DNA of 30,664 nucleotides from an uncultured bacterium (lineage in GTDB: Bacteria; Electryoneota; Electryoneia; Electryoneales; Electryoneaceae): NCBI GenBank assembly GCA_964501095.1, contig CAZCRQ010000001.1, positions 1 through 30,664 on the forward strand, written 5' to 3'. Shown here piece by piece: positions 1 to 9,442 of the stretch (position 1 is the first letter of the stretch; each line of letters starts with the position of its first letter). The translations under genes and the position numbers were made by a program. The notes beneath the pieces were generated by a model. That model saw only the letters and a program-made list of their open reading frames with translations, was not told the origin of the DNA and searched no databases.

Positions 1-85
1 CTCGCATGAACTGAGATATATCCCATCAAATCATCTGACATGGATTACTAACAGCTCATGTCAGAAGAATCGCTTAGTTTCCATC

Positions 86-212
86 GTAGCACGGGCGTCC
101 CGCCCGTGACATGGACATCCCGCCCGTAGCACAGGCGTCCCGCCCGTGACATGGACATCCCGCCCGTAGCACGGGCGTCCCGCCCGTGACATGGACGAGA
201 CGTCCATGCTAC
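86..212. repeat. GTAG-type REP cluster (40-bp tandem unit x~2.8 ending in an inverted REP)
   Basis: GTAG-CACGGGCG-TCC-CGCCCGTG at 86-108, 126-148 (one mismatch) and 166-188, with 40-bp period. Inverted GTAG-CATGGACG-TCT-CGTCCATG at 212-190. It ends 5 nt past the ABC gene stop at 218. Confidence 0.9.
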
Positions 213-217
213 GGAGA

Positions 218-2005
218 TCACGCTGCATATTTATACTGCAAATGATACAACCGGTGATAGATGCCGTGCAGCGCTAGAAGTTCCTTGTGAGTGCCGGTTT
301 CGCAGATTTTCCCCTTGTGCATAACGAGGATTAGGTCTGCTTTCTGGATCGTCGCCAACCGGTGGGCGATGATGATCGAGGTGCGACCTTGCAATAATTT
401 CTGCATGGCGTCCTGAATAAGCGCTTCCGTCCCCGGATCGACAGAACTGGTGGCTTCATCCAGAACAAGTATCCGAGGTTTACGTATCAACGCTCGGGCG
501 AAGGAGAGGAGTTGACGCTGCCCGGTCGAAAGTGTCGATCCGCGTTCAGTCAAAACCTCGTCATAACCATGCGGGAGAGCCCGGATAAATTGATCCGCAT
601 GGACAGTCTTGGCGGCTCTCTCCAATTCTTCAACGTTGAAATCATCGCCCAAGGTGATATTCTCCCGCACCGATCCGCTAAAAAGGAAGATGTCCTGATT
701 GACATAGCAGATATTTTGTAAGAGTTCATTCTGTTTCTGCTGACGGACATCGATGCCGTTTACCAACACCTGCCCGGAATCCACTTCGTAAAACCTGCCG
801 ATCAAATTGGCGATGGTGCTCTTTCCCGCGCCGGTCGCCCCGACTATCGCTACCATTTGCCCCGGCTTGACTTGGAACGAAATTCCATGTAGAACTTCGT
901 CTGTTTTACTATAACTGAAACGAACATCCCTGAACTCGACAGAACCGCCTCCATCCCGCGAAGGTTGAGGTTGAAGTTGAGGTTGAACCGGATCATTCAA
1001 TAAGGGTTTAGTATCCAGCAGGTCAAACACTCTTTCTGCCGACGCCATCGAGGCTTGAAAGACATTATATTTCTCCGCGATGTCACGAATCGGGCGGAAA
1101 AACCGTTCGCCATACTGGAAAAACGCAACCAACGCTCCCAGAGTCAAGGCTTCATCGAGTATCAAGTATCCCCCGCGCACCAGGATGAGAGCCACAGACA
1201 GCGCATTGACCAATTCTACCAGAGGAAAGAAAATGCTGAACAGGGCAACTGTTTTCAAATGTGATTTTCGAGCGTCGTTGTTGGTTTCGGCGAACTTTTT
1301 GTCGGCATAGTCTTCTCGGTTGAACAATTGAATGATCCGCATCCCGGACAGGTGTTCCTGCAGAAAAGAGTTGATCGCAGCGATACGGATGCGAACCTCA
1401 CGAAAGACATCACGCAGCCGAGTCCGGAAAAACATGCTGACTGCCAACAGCAATGGGACGACAGTAAATGCCACCAATGCCAATTTCGCATTCAACATCA
1501 ACATCGCGGCGATGATCCAGATCAAGGTGATCAAATCGCCGAAGAGCAAGACAATCCCGCTGGAGAAAATCTCGTTCAAGGTCTCGATATCACTGGTCGT
1601 CCGCGTTACCAGACGTCCAACCGGATTTCGGTCGAAAAATGAGACCGAAAGTCGATGGAGATGATTAAAGAGTTCGCGTCGCAGATCATACATCACCCTT
1701 TCCCCGACCCATCCGGTGAGCACCGCCTGCCCAATCTTCGAGAACGTGATCGTTGACGAAAGGATGATATATAGAAAAACAATTCGCACCAAACCGGAGA
1801 AATCACCTTTGAGGATGTGTTGATCGATCGCCAGCTTGGTCAGATAGGGACCTATCTGCTCCAAACCAGCGACCAGGAGTAATAAAACGACACAGATCGA
1901 CACTTTGAATCTGTATGGCTTCAAGTATTTAATCAGACGTGTGACGAGATGGCGTTCGAATGTTTTCGTCAGTGTCGCCTCTTCGTGAATCGAAGCGCCG
2001 TTCAT
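218..2005 (-). CDS. ABC exporter, fused TMD+NBD subunit (MdlB/YheH/TM288-like half of a heterodimer)
   Basis: 595 aa with six-TM N-terminal half. Walker A GATGAGKS, degenerate signature LSTGQ, canonical Walker B ILVLDE, D-loop ATSSVD, switch AHR. Confidence 0.95.
   Translation of the reverse strand: MNGASIHEEATLTKTFERHLVTRLIKYLKPYRFKVSICVVLLLLVAGLEQIGPYLTKLAIDQHILKGDFSGLVRIVFLYIILSSTITFSKIGQAVLTGWVGERVMYDLRRELFNHLHRLSVSFFDRNPVGRLVTRTTSDIETLNEIFSSGIVLLFGDLITLIWIIAAMLMLNAKLALVAFTVVPLLLAVSMFFRTRLRDVFREVRIRIAAINSFLQEHLSGMRIIQLFNREDYADKKFAETNNDARKSHLKTVALFSIFFPLVELVNALSVALILVRGGYLILDEALTLGALVAFFQYGERFFRPIRDIAEKYNVFQASMASAERVFDLLDTKPLLNDPVQPQLQPQPSRDGGGSVEFRDVRFSYSKTDEVLHGISFQVKPGQMVAIVGATGAGKSTIANLIGRFYEVDSGQVLVNGIDVRQQKQNELLQNICYVNQDIFLFSGSVRENITLGDDFNVEELERAAKTVHADQFIRALPHGYDEVLTERGSTLSTGQRQLLSFARALIRKPRILVLDEATSSVDPGTEALIQDAMQKLLQGRTSIIIAHRLATIQKADLILVMHKGKICETGTHKELLALHGIYHRLYHLQYKYAA
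963..986. repeat. In-frame hexamer tandem repeat (GGTTGA)x4 in the ABC TMD-NBD linker
   Basis: ggttga ggttga agttga ggttga; encodes QPQLQPQP on the minus strand. Confidence 0.8.
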
Positions 2006-3747
2006 GCGACATCCTCCAATTCACGAGCTAGTCTTTCACGATAAAACAAGTCTGCATATTCACCATTCAATTTCAATAGTGTTTCGTGCCGACCACGTTC
2101 GACAACAGCGCTATCTTTCATCACCAGGATTTCATCCGCATCGCGAACAGTGGAAGCCCTGTTGCTGACAAGAATTGCGCTTCTATCTTTAAGGTAATGC
2201 TTTAAGTTTGCCAGGATGGCTGATTCAGTAACGGCGTCCACGGCGCTCAGGGGATCATCGAGGAGAATCAACGGCGGCTTGCGGATCACCGCCCGGGCAA
2301 TCGCCACACGCTGCTTTTGTCCACCGGAAAGTGTAATCCCCCGCTCACCCACCTCAGTCTGCAAGCCAGCGGGAAAGTCTTTCAAATCCTGAACCAGCCG
2401 GCTCACTTCAACCGCCTCATTGATTTCCGCCTGTGTATAACAGGTCTCCCCCAGTGTGATATTTTCAAGGATACTCGTGCTGAAGAGCAGGGCGTCTTGC
2501 GGAACAACTCCAAGATTGGCGCGCCATAATTCCACCGGAATATCGGAGACGCTTATACCATCTATAAAAATCTGTCCTTTATATCCTTCATAGAATCGGG
2601 AAATCAGTGCGATAATGCTGCTTTTCCCGCATCCCACCTTACCGACGATACCCAGCGTTTTCCCCGCGGGGAGATCGAATGAGATCGAAGTCAAAGCATT
2701 TCGTTCAGACTTCGGATAAGCGAACGAGACATCCTGGAATGTAATTCTTCCGGAAAGAGGAATTGCACGCGACGTTTTTATTATCGTTCGCGCTTCAGGT
2801 TTACGGTCGAGCAGGGCATTGATCCGAATCAGAGATGCGCTGCCGCGTTGGAAGAGATTCACCACCCATCCGACTGAGATCATGGGCCAAGTAAGGATCA
2901 TCAGGTAACTGGTAAAAGCGACAAAATCGCCGATCAATAGGACGCCATCGATGATCAGCTTCCCTCCCATTAAGAGTATCCCCGCTATTGCGCCGCCGAA
3001 GATCATCATGATCAAGGGGATGAAGATGCTGTCCTGGATGATCAGGTAGATGCTGCGTTTCATATAATTCAGGCTGCCGCGGTCGAATCTCATTTTCTGA
3101 AACGCTTGTTGACGGAAGGCTTTGATCACGCGAATTCCGGCGAAGTTCTCCTGGGCGATTGACGAGATGTCCGAAAAGGCTTCCTGGGTGCGAGTCGACG
3201 CCACATGGATGCGTTCTCCCAAGTGATACACGACGAAGGAGACAATCGGAAAGACAAATGCCACAAACAAGGTTAATTTCACACTGATCATCAGCATCAG
3301 CGTAATCCCGAAAATCAGCCCGAACACCGTATTGACCAAATACATCAATGCCGGACCGACGACCATTCTCACCTGCTCGACATCGGAGGTGGAGCGGGTC
3401 ATCAGGTCGCCGATTCGGGAATGATCATAGAACGATGGTTCAAGTTTGCTCAGGTGTCGAAAAATCGACTGGCGGAGGTCATATTCGATATGACGGCTGA
3501 CTGTAATCAGGGTGCGACGCATTAAAAAACGGAAGATTCCCGACCCGATCGCCACCCCAATAATGAGTGCAGCGTATTTCCAGAGCTGGAGATAAGTGAT
3601 GGATGCGGACAGCCCGTTGATGGCAAGGCGCAGAACCCAGGGAGAAGCGGCTTGAAAGGCATTCGCGATCAGAATAAAAATTAAACCGATGATCACATGC
3701 TGCTTATAAGGGCGAAAATAGGGAATGATTCGTTTGATGAAATTCAA
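2002..3747 (-). CDS. ABC exporter, fused TMD+NBD subunit (MdlA/YheI/TM287-like half with degenerate site)
   Basis: 581 aa, TTG start. Walker A GKVGCGKS, canonical LSGGQ, Walker B LILLDD (E to D), switch SNR (H to N). ATGA overlap with the next gene at 2002-2005. Confidence 0.95.
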   Translation of the reverse strand: MNFIKRIIPYFRPYKQHVIIGLIFILIANAFQAASPWVLRLAINGLSASITYLQLWKYAALIIGVAIGSGIFRFLMRRTLITVSRHIEYDLRQSIFRHLSKLEPSFYDHSRIGDLMTRSTSDVEQVRMVVGPALMYLVNTVFGLIFGITLMLMISVKLTLFVAFVFPIVSFVVYHLGERIHVASTRTQEAFSDISSIAQENFAGIRVIKAFRQQAFQKMRFDRGSLNYMKRSIYLIIQDSIFIPLIMMIFGGAIAGILLMGGKLIIDGVLLIGDFVAFTSYLMILTWPMISVGWVVNLFQRGSASLIRINALLDRKPEARTIIKTSRAIPLSGRITFQDVSFAYPKSERNALTSISFDLPAGKTLGIVGKVGCGKSSIIALISRFYEGYKGQIFIDGISVSDIPVELWRANLGVVPQDALLFSTSILENITLGETCYTQAEINEAVEVSRLVQDLKDFPAGLQTEVGERGITLSGGQKQRVAIARAVIRKPPLILLDDPLSAVDAVTESAILANLKHYLKDRSAILVSNRASTVRDADEILVMKDSAVVERGRHETLLKLNGEYADLFYRERLARELEDVA

Positions 3748-3852
3748 CGTATTTCCGGGCTTCTTTTCTTATTGTTTTCGGTGAATCTGAATGAATAATG
3801 TCATTATGACTAAGATTGTATTACTATACCCAGAAGCGCAAGCAATGGAGAT

Positions 3853-3976
3853 AAAATCGGGAGTTTCCTTAAAATGTCATTCCCGCTTGAAATTCCTGGA
3901 TTCCCGCTTTCGCGGGAATGACACCTCAGGAGACTTCCCTACATTTTCGGACAGCCTGATATTCTCGGACAGCCTG
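3853..3976. repeat. Imperfect long palindromic element (GTCATTCCCGC...GCGGGAATGAC type) with duplicated CGGACAGCCTG end
   Basis: tgtcattcccgc at 3875-3886 and gcgggaatgaca at 3912-3923, with an internal ttcccgctttcgcgggaa hairpin. Its reverse complement aligns with 20052-20105. Confidence 0.75.
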
Positions 3977-3991
3977 TACCGCTGGTCTTTC

Positions 3992-4020
3992 TTGAAGGAT
4001 TGGCTGAGAGGCTGTATATT
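3992..4020 (+). promoter_or_regulatory. Candidate sigma70 promoter of the glycosyltransferase operon
   Basis: TTGAAG (3992-3997), 17-bp spacer, TATATT (4015-4020), about 30 bp upstream of the GTG start at 4050. Confidence 0.5.
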
Positions 4021-4049
4021 TGTTGCGGTTGCAGAAACAGGATATTAAA

Positions 4050-5189
4050 GTGCCGACGATATTCTTCAAATGGTTTAGAACTCTTTACGGTCTCCTGGCA
4101 GTGTCGATGACACTGGGAGTTTTTTGCATTCGCAAGCGAAAACTGCGCATTCCGGAATCGGAACTCCCCACCGTCGCGGTAATTATAGCCTGTCGAAATG
4201 AAGCGAAAAACCTTCCCGAACTACTTGCTTCCCTCGCAGTTCAGGATTATCCGGCGAATAAAGTGTCATTTTGGATTGTCGACGACGAATCTACCGATCA
4301 GAGCGCTCAAATCGTTTCGCAGATGGCGCAGCGTGACTCTAGGTTTCAGGCGATCCGCAGCGATCCCTCTTTCAGCATTCCAAGTCCGAAAAAACGTGCG
4401 CTGCACCAGGCAATTCAACTGACAGATGCGGAATGGATAGTCACCACCGATGCCGATTGCACCCCTCCTTCCGGATGGCTGAAATCGCTGATGAATTATA
4501 CTCGTCCCGAAATCGGCGTGATCGTGGGATATTCGCCCTTGAAGGGAGCGAAGGATCCGATACAATGGTTGATTGTTGGGGAATCCTGGTCAGCGGCGGC
4601 ATTGGCGGCGGCGGGGATCGGTCTCGGCTTCCCTTTCAACGCCGTCGGCAGGAATTTCGCCTTTAGAAGACAAATCTTCCACGATGTCGAGGGGTATGGC
4701 AGAGATGCTCTCCTGGCATCCGGCGATGACGATCTCTTCATGCAGCGAGTGGTCTCGCGCACCGATTGGCGGGTCGCCTTTGCCGATGATCCACATTCTT
4801 ATGTCCCCGCGAAAGTCCCCCAGAGAAGAGAGAGCATCGAGGCGAAGATACGTCATATATCCGTCGGAACCCATTACGCACCGGGATGGGTGCTGATTGG
4901 CACGATCGGAAGCGTCCTCTTCATGGGATTGGCGCTTTATACAGTACTGAGTTGGCTGGGCTTGGCGGATCGGAGAACGGCAAAAAAAGCCTGGGGTTGG
5001 AAGTGGCTGTTTGATTTAGGGATGATGTTCGCCGCCTTGAGAATTATTCCGGATGCCCCGCGAGCACTGACAGCTCTAGCAACTATGACAATCGCACCCT
5101 TCGCCTTTTGGTACTTATGGTATAAAGCGCTCTTTGGAACGGTTGTCTGGAAGGGTAGGACGTTTAGAAGAGGCAGGGCGATATTGTGA
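4050..5189 (+). CDS. Membrane-bound glycosyltransferase family 2
   Basis: IACRNE, IVDDESTD, DxD motif TTDADC, GRNFAFR, ASGDDDLF, C-terminal TM helices and WKGR end. GTG at 4050 preceded by AGGA is preferred over TTG at 4020. QxxRW is replaced by AKIRH. Confidence 0.9.
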   Translation: MPTIFFKWFRTLYGLLAVSMTLGVFCIRKRKLRIPESELPTVAVIIACRNEAKNLPELLASLAVQDYPANKVSFWIVDDESTDQSAQIVSQMAQRDSRFQAIRSDPSFSIPSPKKRALHQAIQLTDAEWIVTTDADCTPPSGWLKSLMNYTRPEIGVIVGYSPLKGAKDPIQWLIVGESWSAAALAAAGIGLGFPFNAVGRNFAFRRQIFHDVEGYGRDALLASGDDDLFMQRVVSRTDWRVAFADDPHSYVPAKVPQRRESIEAKIRHISVGTHYAPGWVLIGTIGSVLFMGLALYTVLSWLGLADRRTAKKAWGWKWLFDLGMMFAALRIIPDAPRALTALATMTIAPFAFWYLWYKALFGTVVWKGRTFRRGRAIL

Positions 5190-6169
5190 AATCCCCGAAG
5201 ATCAAATGGATCGTTCTTTTAGTGAAGGCGATTGTCTCGGTTGGATTGCTGATCATCCTCATCCGGTATATTCAACCCGCACGTCTTCAGGCAACGTTGC
5301 GAGAGGCGAAATTCATCTACCTGATTTTCGCCGGATTGCTGATGCCATTTAATTTGCTGGCGCAAGTCCTGCGCTGGAGGTTGCTAGCCTCGACTGAAGT
5401 TAGCAATATCCCGCTCTCACGTTACTGGTTCAGCCTTCTCGGCGGTTTCACCTTCGGTCTCATCACTCCTGGGAGGATGGGCGAAATCGGACGGGTGTTT
5501 TTATTGAAAGCGCCCTCAAGATTACGTCTCGCCGGACTGCATATCATGGACAAGCTGTTTTTCGTCGGAGCAGTTGCCCTGCTGGGACCGCTGATGCTTT
5601 TCCTGATGCCGGGATTCAGCCAGAATCTACCAGGGAATCTTAGAATCGGGATCGGTGTGATTGTCTCGCTTCTTCCCCTTCTCTACTTCTACCTCGCTTT
5701 CGATCTTCGACCGTTGAAGAGTTTATTGTTGGGTGTCCAGCTCACTTTCCCCGCCAAACCTCGCATCCTGGAACTTTTACGCGCCTTTGAGGGATTGAAA
5801 TCGCGCCATTGCCTGGGAGCGGTCGGATTGACCACAATCCAATTTCTTATCGTCTTGACGCAGTTTCAATTGACGACTCTCGCATTTCAACCGGTGAAAT
5901 GGATTTACGCCGCACATACTTATTGGGCAGTGCTTTTTGTTAAAACCATCCTGCCGATCTCGCTGGGATCGCTGGGGATCGGTGAATGGGCGTCAGTATC
6001 ATTCTACCAGCATTATGGCATTGCGGAGCAAAATGCATTCAGCGCCTCCCTCCTGCTCTTCGGGATGAATGTCCTCCTGCCAGGTTTATTGGGATTGATC
6101 GCGATACTGCATGCGCGAACAAACGCCATAGTTCAAACAATAGCTTCCGAATCCGAGGAAGCGGCATGA
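5186..6169 (+). CDS. Lysylphosphatidylglycerol-synthase TM-region / UPF0104 flippase-like membrane protein
   Basis: About 8 TM helices; motifs RWRLL, GFTFGLITPGRMGEIGRV and PISLGSLGIGEW. GTGA and ATGA overlaps with the flanking GT2 genes. Confidence 0.85.
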   Translation: MKSPKIKWIVLLVKAIVSVGLLIILIRYIQPARLQATLREAKFIYLIFAGLLMPFNLLAQVLRWRLLASTEVSNIPLSRYWFSLLGGFTFGLITPGRMGEIGRVFLLKAPSRLRLAGLHIMDKLFFVGAVALLGPLMLFLMPGFSQNLPGNLRIGIGVIVSLLPLLYFYLAFDLRPLKSLLLGVQLTFPAKPRILELLRAFEGLKSRHCLGAVGLTTIQFLIVLTQFQLTTLAFQPVKWIYAAHTYWAVLFVKTILPISLGSLGIGEWASVSFYQHYGIAEQNAFSASLLLFGMNVLLPGLLGLIAILHARTNAIVQTIASESEEAA

Positions 6170-7356
6170 TCATCTTTCTCTTCGCCGCTTGGTGCACTGG
6201 GCTGATCTACCTGGTTTTCCTGATCATTGTCCTTGTCGGTTTGAGAAAGATGCCAGATTCCCGTTTCGAGGAAGATGACGCGAAATTGCCGACAGTTTCA
6301 ATTGTAGTTGCCGCCCGCGATGAAGAGACACGAATCAGACGTCTGCTCGACAGCTTGGAGGCGCAGGATTATCCCAGGGAAAAATTTGAGGTTATCGTGG
6401 TGGATGATCGCAGCCGGGATAATACCTCGGATTTAGTAAAAAGTCGCCGCGGCAAAGGTGTGAAATTTCAGGTGTTACGCATTCGTGAGGGTGAAACTCC
6501 GACTGGACGTTCGCCAAAAAAATACGCCCTTTCACGCGGGATCGCTCAAGCGTCGGGCGAGATCATTGTGACCACGGACGCCGATTGCTGGATGGGTTCG
6601 CGTTGGCTGCGCGCGCTGGTTTCACCGTTTATAGATTCCAAGGTTCAGGGCGCTACCGGGGTGAGTCGTTTCGTTCGACCGCCTGGTTCACCTCGACCTT
6701 GGTGGTCGGAATTCGAGAGCCTGGAACATTTCTCTTATTCCGTCGCGGCGGCGGGATTTATCGGCGCCGGGCAGGTCTTCAACGCGCACGGCAGTAATCT
6801 CGCTATCAGGAAGAATGTCTATGATCGCATCGGCGGGTACCGCAGCAACGAACGAGTCGCATCCGGTGATGATGTGTTTCTGCTCCAGGATGTGGCGGAA
6901 CATGGCGGGAAAGTCGTTTTCATCAACCGAAAGGAGGGTTTTGTCTACAGTCAGCCGGTGGATACCTTACGGGAATGGGTAAATCAGCGGGCGCGATGGA
7001 GTTCCAAGGGTTTCTATTATCCGCCTTTCCTTCGACTGCTGGTGGTCGGCACTTTCGCTTTCTATGCGACGATTCTAGCGTCTTTCGCTCTTCTCTTACT
7101 CGGTAGAGTCAAGGCGAGAATTCCGTTATTCCTTCTTATCGGTAAATTGCTGGCGGAATCTTTGATCATGCAGCTTGGCGCGCGACGTTTTGATGAACCG
7201 GTTCCTCTCGGGAAGTTTCTTCTCACACAAATTCTGCATCCACCGGCGATTTTATTCGCCGGCATTCGCGGACAGTTTTTCTCCTTTACTTGGAAGGGAC
7301 AGCGATTCAGTGGAATGAATGGCATCCTTGGGCTGTTCTGTAGCACCTTGCTTTAG
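6166..7356 (+). CDS. Membrane-bound glycosyltransferase family 2
   Basis: VAARDEE, VVDDRSRD, TTDADC, GSNLAIR, ASGDDVF, QRARW. True start is likely the ATG at 6166 (ATGA overlap) rather than 5986. The last residues are encoded by a REP hairpin. Confidence 0.9.
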   Translation: MIIFLFAAWCTGLIYLVFLIIVLVGLRKMPDSRFEEDDAKLPTVSIVVAARDEETRIRRLLDSLEAQDYPREKFEVIVVDDRSRDNTSDLVKSRRGKGVKFQVLRIREGETPTGRSPKKYALSRGIAQASGEIIVTTDADCWMGSRWLRALVSPFIDSKVQGATGVSRFVRPPGSPRPWWSEFESLEHFSYSVAAAGFIGAGQVFNAHGSNLAIRKNVYDRIGGYRSNERVASGDDVFLLQDVAEHGGKVVFINRKEGFVYSQPVDTLREWVNQRARWSSKGFYYPPFLRLLVVGTFAFYATILASFALLLLGRVKARIPLFLLIGKLLAESLIMQLGARRFDEPVPLGKFLLTQILHPPAILFAGIRGQFFSFTWKGQRFSGMNGILGLFCSTLL

Positions 7357-7404
7357 CAAGGGTGTACGAAACGATACAATTTGCTCAGCACGCTTCAGCG
7401 TGCT
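7340..7404 (+). repeat. GTAG-type REP hairpin overlapping the GT2 stop, plus a second hairpin
   Basis: GTAG-CACCTTGC-TTTA-GCAAGGGTG at 7340-7364 (one bulge) contains the TAG stop at 7354-7356. AGCACGC-TTCA-GCGTGCT at 7387-7404. Confidence 0.65.
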
Positions 7405-7476
7405 TCTGAATATCTATATACTGTTTCTTTTGCAACTAGATACTAGTAGTGACAAATTCTGTTTTTAGAAGGAATC

Positions 7477-8148
7477 ATGAATTTCAGAGTAAATCGCACA
7501 CCACTTTTCCTGGAATCTCTCTTTCCTTCGATCATTTGGGGAGGTGCAGACCGACAGAATGGGGCGATCTATCTCACCTTCGATGATGGACCTGATCCTC
7601 TGACTACACCCTTAATCCTGGATTTTTTAAACGCCAATCGCATTCCCGCTGCCTTTTTCTTTCGTGGAGATCGAATAGAAGCGCATCACGACCTAATGAG
7701 TCAGTTGGATTTCCGGCTTCACCTCATCGGTTATCACGGATTTACCCATCGCGCCTGGTGTTTTTTATCAAAGAATCAGCGTGAAAAGGAGATGAATCCA
7801 TTTTCCCACGAGGAGTCAATTTTAACTGAAACCTACCGTAATCAGAATCACCCTCTTCTCCTCCGCCCACCTTATGGCAGATTTACCTTGACCACACTTC
7901 GACAGATAAAGATGCTTAAAGGTCGTCTGGTTCTCTGGAGGCTGGTTCTGAATGATTGGCTTTCTGGAAAGATCGAAGACCAAATTGCAGATGACTTTAT
8001 CTCGCAGGTTTGTCCGGGAGATATTGTCGTGTTTCACGATGGAGGGAAAAACGGGCATCTTCTTCAGAGAGTATTGGAAAAGTCGATTCCCTGCTTACTT
8101 CAATCGGGACTTCATTTTGGAAGTCTAGCTGAATTGTGCGGACAATAG
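7477..8148 (+). CDS. Polysaccharide deacetylase (CE4/NodB family), no signal peptide
   Basis: All five NodB motifs are present: TFDDGP, HGFTH, RPPYG, DW, VFHD. Confidence 0.92.
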   Translation: MNFRVNRTPLFLESLFPSIIWGGADRQNGAIYLTFDDGPDPLTTPLILDFLNANRIPAAFFFRGDRIEAHHDLMSQLDFRLHLIGYHGFTHRAWCFLSKNQREKEMNPFSHEESILTETYRNQNHPLLLRPPYGRFTLTTLRQIKMLKGRLVLWRLVLNDWLSGKIEDQIADDFISQVCPGDIVVFHDGGKNGHLLQRVLEKSIPCLLQSGLHFGSLAELCGQ

Positions 8149-8154
8149 TCAAAG

Positions 8155-9375
8155 ATGCTTCCCCTGACTCTGCAAACCTTCTACCCCTTACTCATCGGCG
8201 GTGTAATTTTTCTTGTGTTGCTGTCGATCTCCCTGGGTACAACCTGGAAATGGAAGAGGGTCAAGAACTTGCCTCAAGTGACGGTGGTAGTCTGTGCTCG
8301 TGACGAAGAAGAGACCATCTTTGACTGCATGATGTCCCTGGCGACTCAAGACTATCCTGTCGACCTATATCGTGTGTTGTTGGTAGACCATCTCTCGAAG
8401 GATCGAACCGGAGAGTTGATGGATAAATTTATCGAATCCGCTCCAATCAATGCTGAAGTAAATCATATTACTAAACCGGACTCGTTATATGTCGGGAAAA
8501 TTCAAGGTTTGATGGCTGCCTTGGATCAGGTAAAAAGCGAGATCGTTCTTTTGACCGATGCGGATTGTATCGTGCCGGAAAGTTGGATCCGTACGATTGT
8601 TTCCTACTTCAGCAATGATGTCGTGGCAGTAGGCGGATTGGTCGCTACAGGTGAAGATGGAATAGAACCGACACGTGTGACACGATTACAGAATGTCGAT
8701 CACCGTTATTACTTGGGGATTCAAGCGGGATTGGCGGGGATTGCCGGCTGGCTCTATAACCTGAAACCTTTTCGTGGATCAAAACGCCCTATATATCGTC
8801 CGGCATTTTGCAGCGGTAACAACCTAGCGTTTCGACTAGCGGCATATAAAGAGGTCGGTGGATTCCGTGCGGTTGGTCCATCGCTGGTGGAAGATCATGC
8901 CCTGATAAAGAAAATGTTGCGAGCTACCGGAAAGCGGATCGTCATCACTCTGGATCCGGAAGCGAGGGTGCAGACAATCCCTCAAACCAGCTATCGTGGA
9001 TTATGGCATCAGAAAAGAAGATGGGGCGAGGCGATGCGAAAAGTCAGTTTGTTGGATTATACAATGTATCTCTTTGTTTTTTCTTCAAAAATTCTTCTTC
9101 CCTGGCTGCTATTGTTTCATCCCATGGCAAGCTTCAGCGCGCTGGTTTTGGTGGCGATCGGGTCGTTCATGGTTATTCAGACCGTGAGTTCCAAAACAAG
9201 CGATCATATCCAATGGCGCGATATTCTGTTCCACGAGATTTATCAGGTGCTCTTGAACCACTCATTACTGATCGCAGTTTTAATCGGATCGCCGGTCTTC
9301 TGGAAAGGACAGCGTTATGGACGAGGTTCTTCCCCGACCGGTCGAGAGCGAAACAAACCTTCGGCTTGCTCTTAA
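8155..9375 (+). CDS. Membrane-bound glycosyltransferase family 2
   Basis: N-terminal TM, VCARDEE, LTDADC, GNNLAFR, LVED, QKRRW, C-terminal TMs and FWKG. Confidence 0.9.
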   Translation: MLPLTLQTFYPLLIGGVIFLVLLSISLGTTWKWKRVKNLPQVTVVVCARDEEETIFDCMMSLATQDYPVDLYRVLLVDHLSKDRTGELMDKFIESAPINAEVNHITKPDSLYVGKIQGLMAALDQVKSEIVLLTDADCIVPESWIRTIVSYFSNDVVAVGGLVATGEDGIEPTRVTRLQNVDHRYYLGIQAGLAGIAGWLYNLKPFRGSKRPIYRPAFCSGNNLAFRLAAYKEVGGFRAVGPSLVEDHALIKKMLRATGKRIVITLDPEARVQTIPQTSYRGLWHQKRRWGEAMRKVSLLDYTMYLFVFSSKILLPWLLLFHPMASFSALVLVAIGSFMVIQTVSSKTSDHIQWRDILFHEIYQVLLNHSLLIAVLIGSPVFWKGQRYGRGSSPTGRERNKPSACS

Positions 9376-9442
9376 ATTCACAAGAGGATTATATTTTTAC
9401 TGGAATTTGCTACTTTAAACTAATCGACACAGAGTACACACC

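Noticed and set aside
34-65. 9-bp inverted repeat TCTGACATG/CATGTCAGA
   Set aside because: The 14-nt loop and absence of a U-tract make a terminator doubtful, and the context is truncated at the window edge, so it cannot be assigned.
86-212. CRISPR array or mini-IS
   Set aside because: It is a 40-bp tandem with identical linkers and has no spacers, transposase or target duplication; it fits REPs.
218-3747. Degenerate ATPase motifs as a sign of pseudogenisation or novelty
   Set aside because: The complementary pattern (DD/N plus LSTGQ at one site, DE/H plus LSGGQ at the other) is the established asymmetric heterodimeric exporter design.
3791-4048. 85-aa ORF containing LDSRFRGND
   Set aside because: That peptide is the usual translation of the GTCATTCCCGC palindrome; there are no other coding features.
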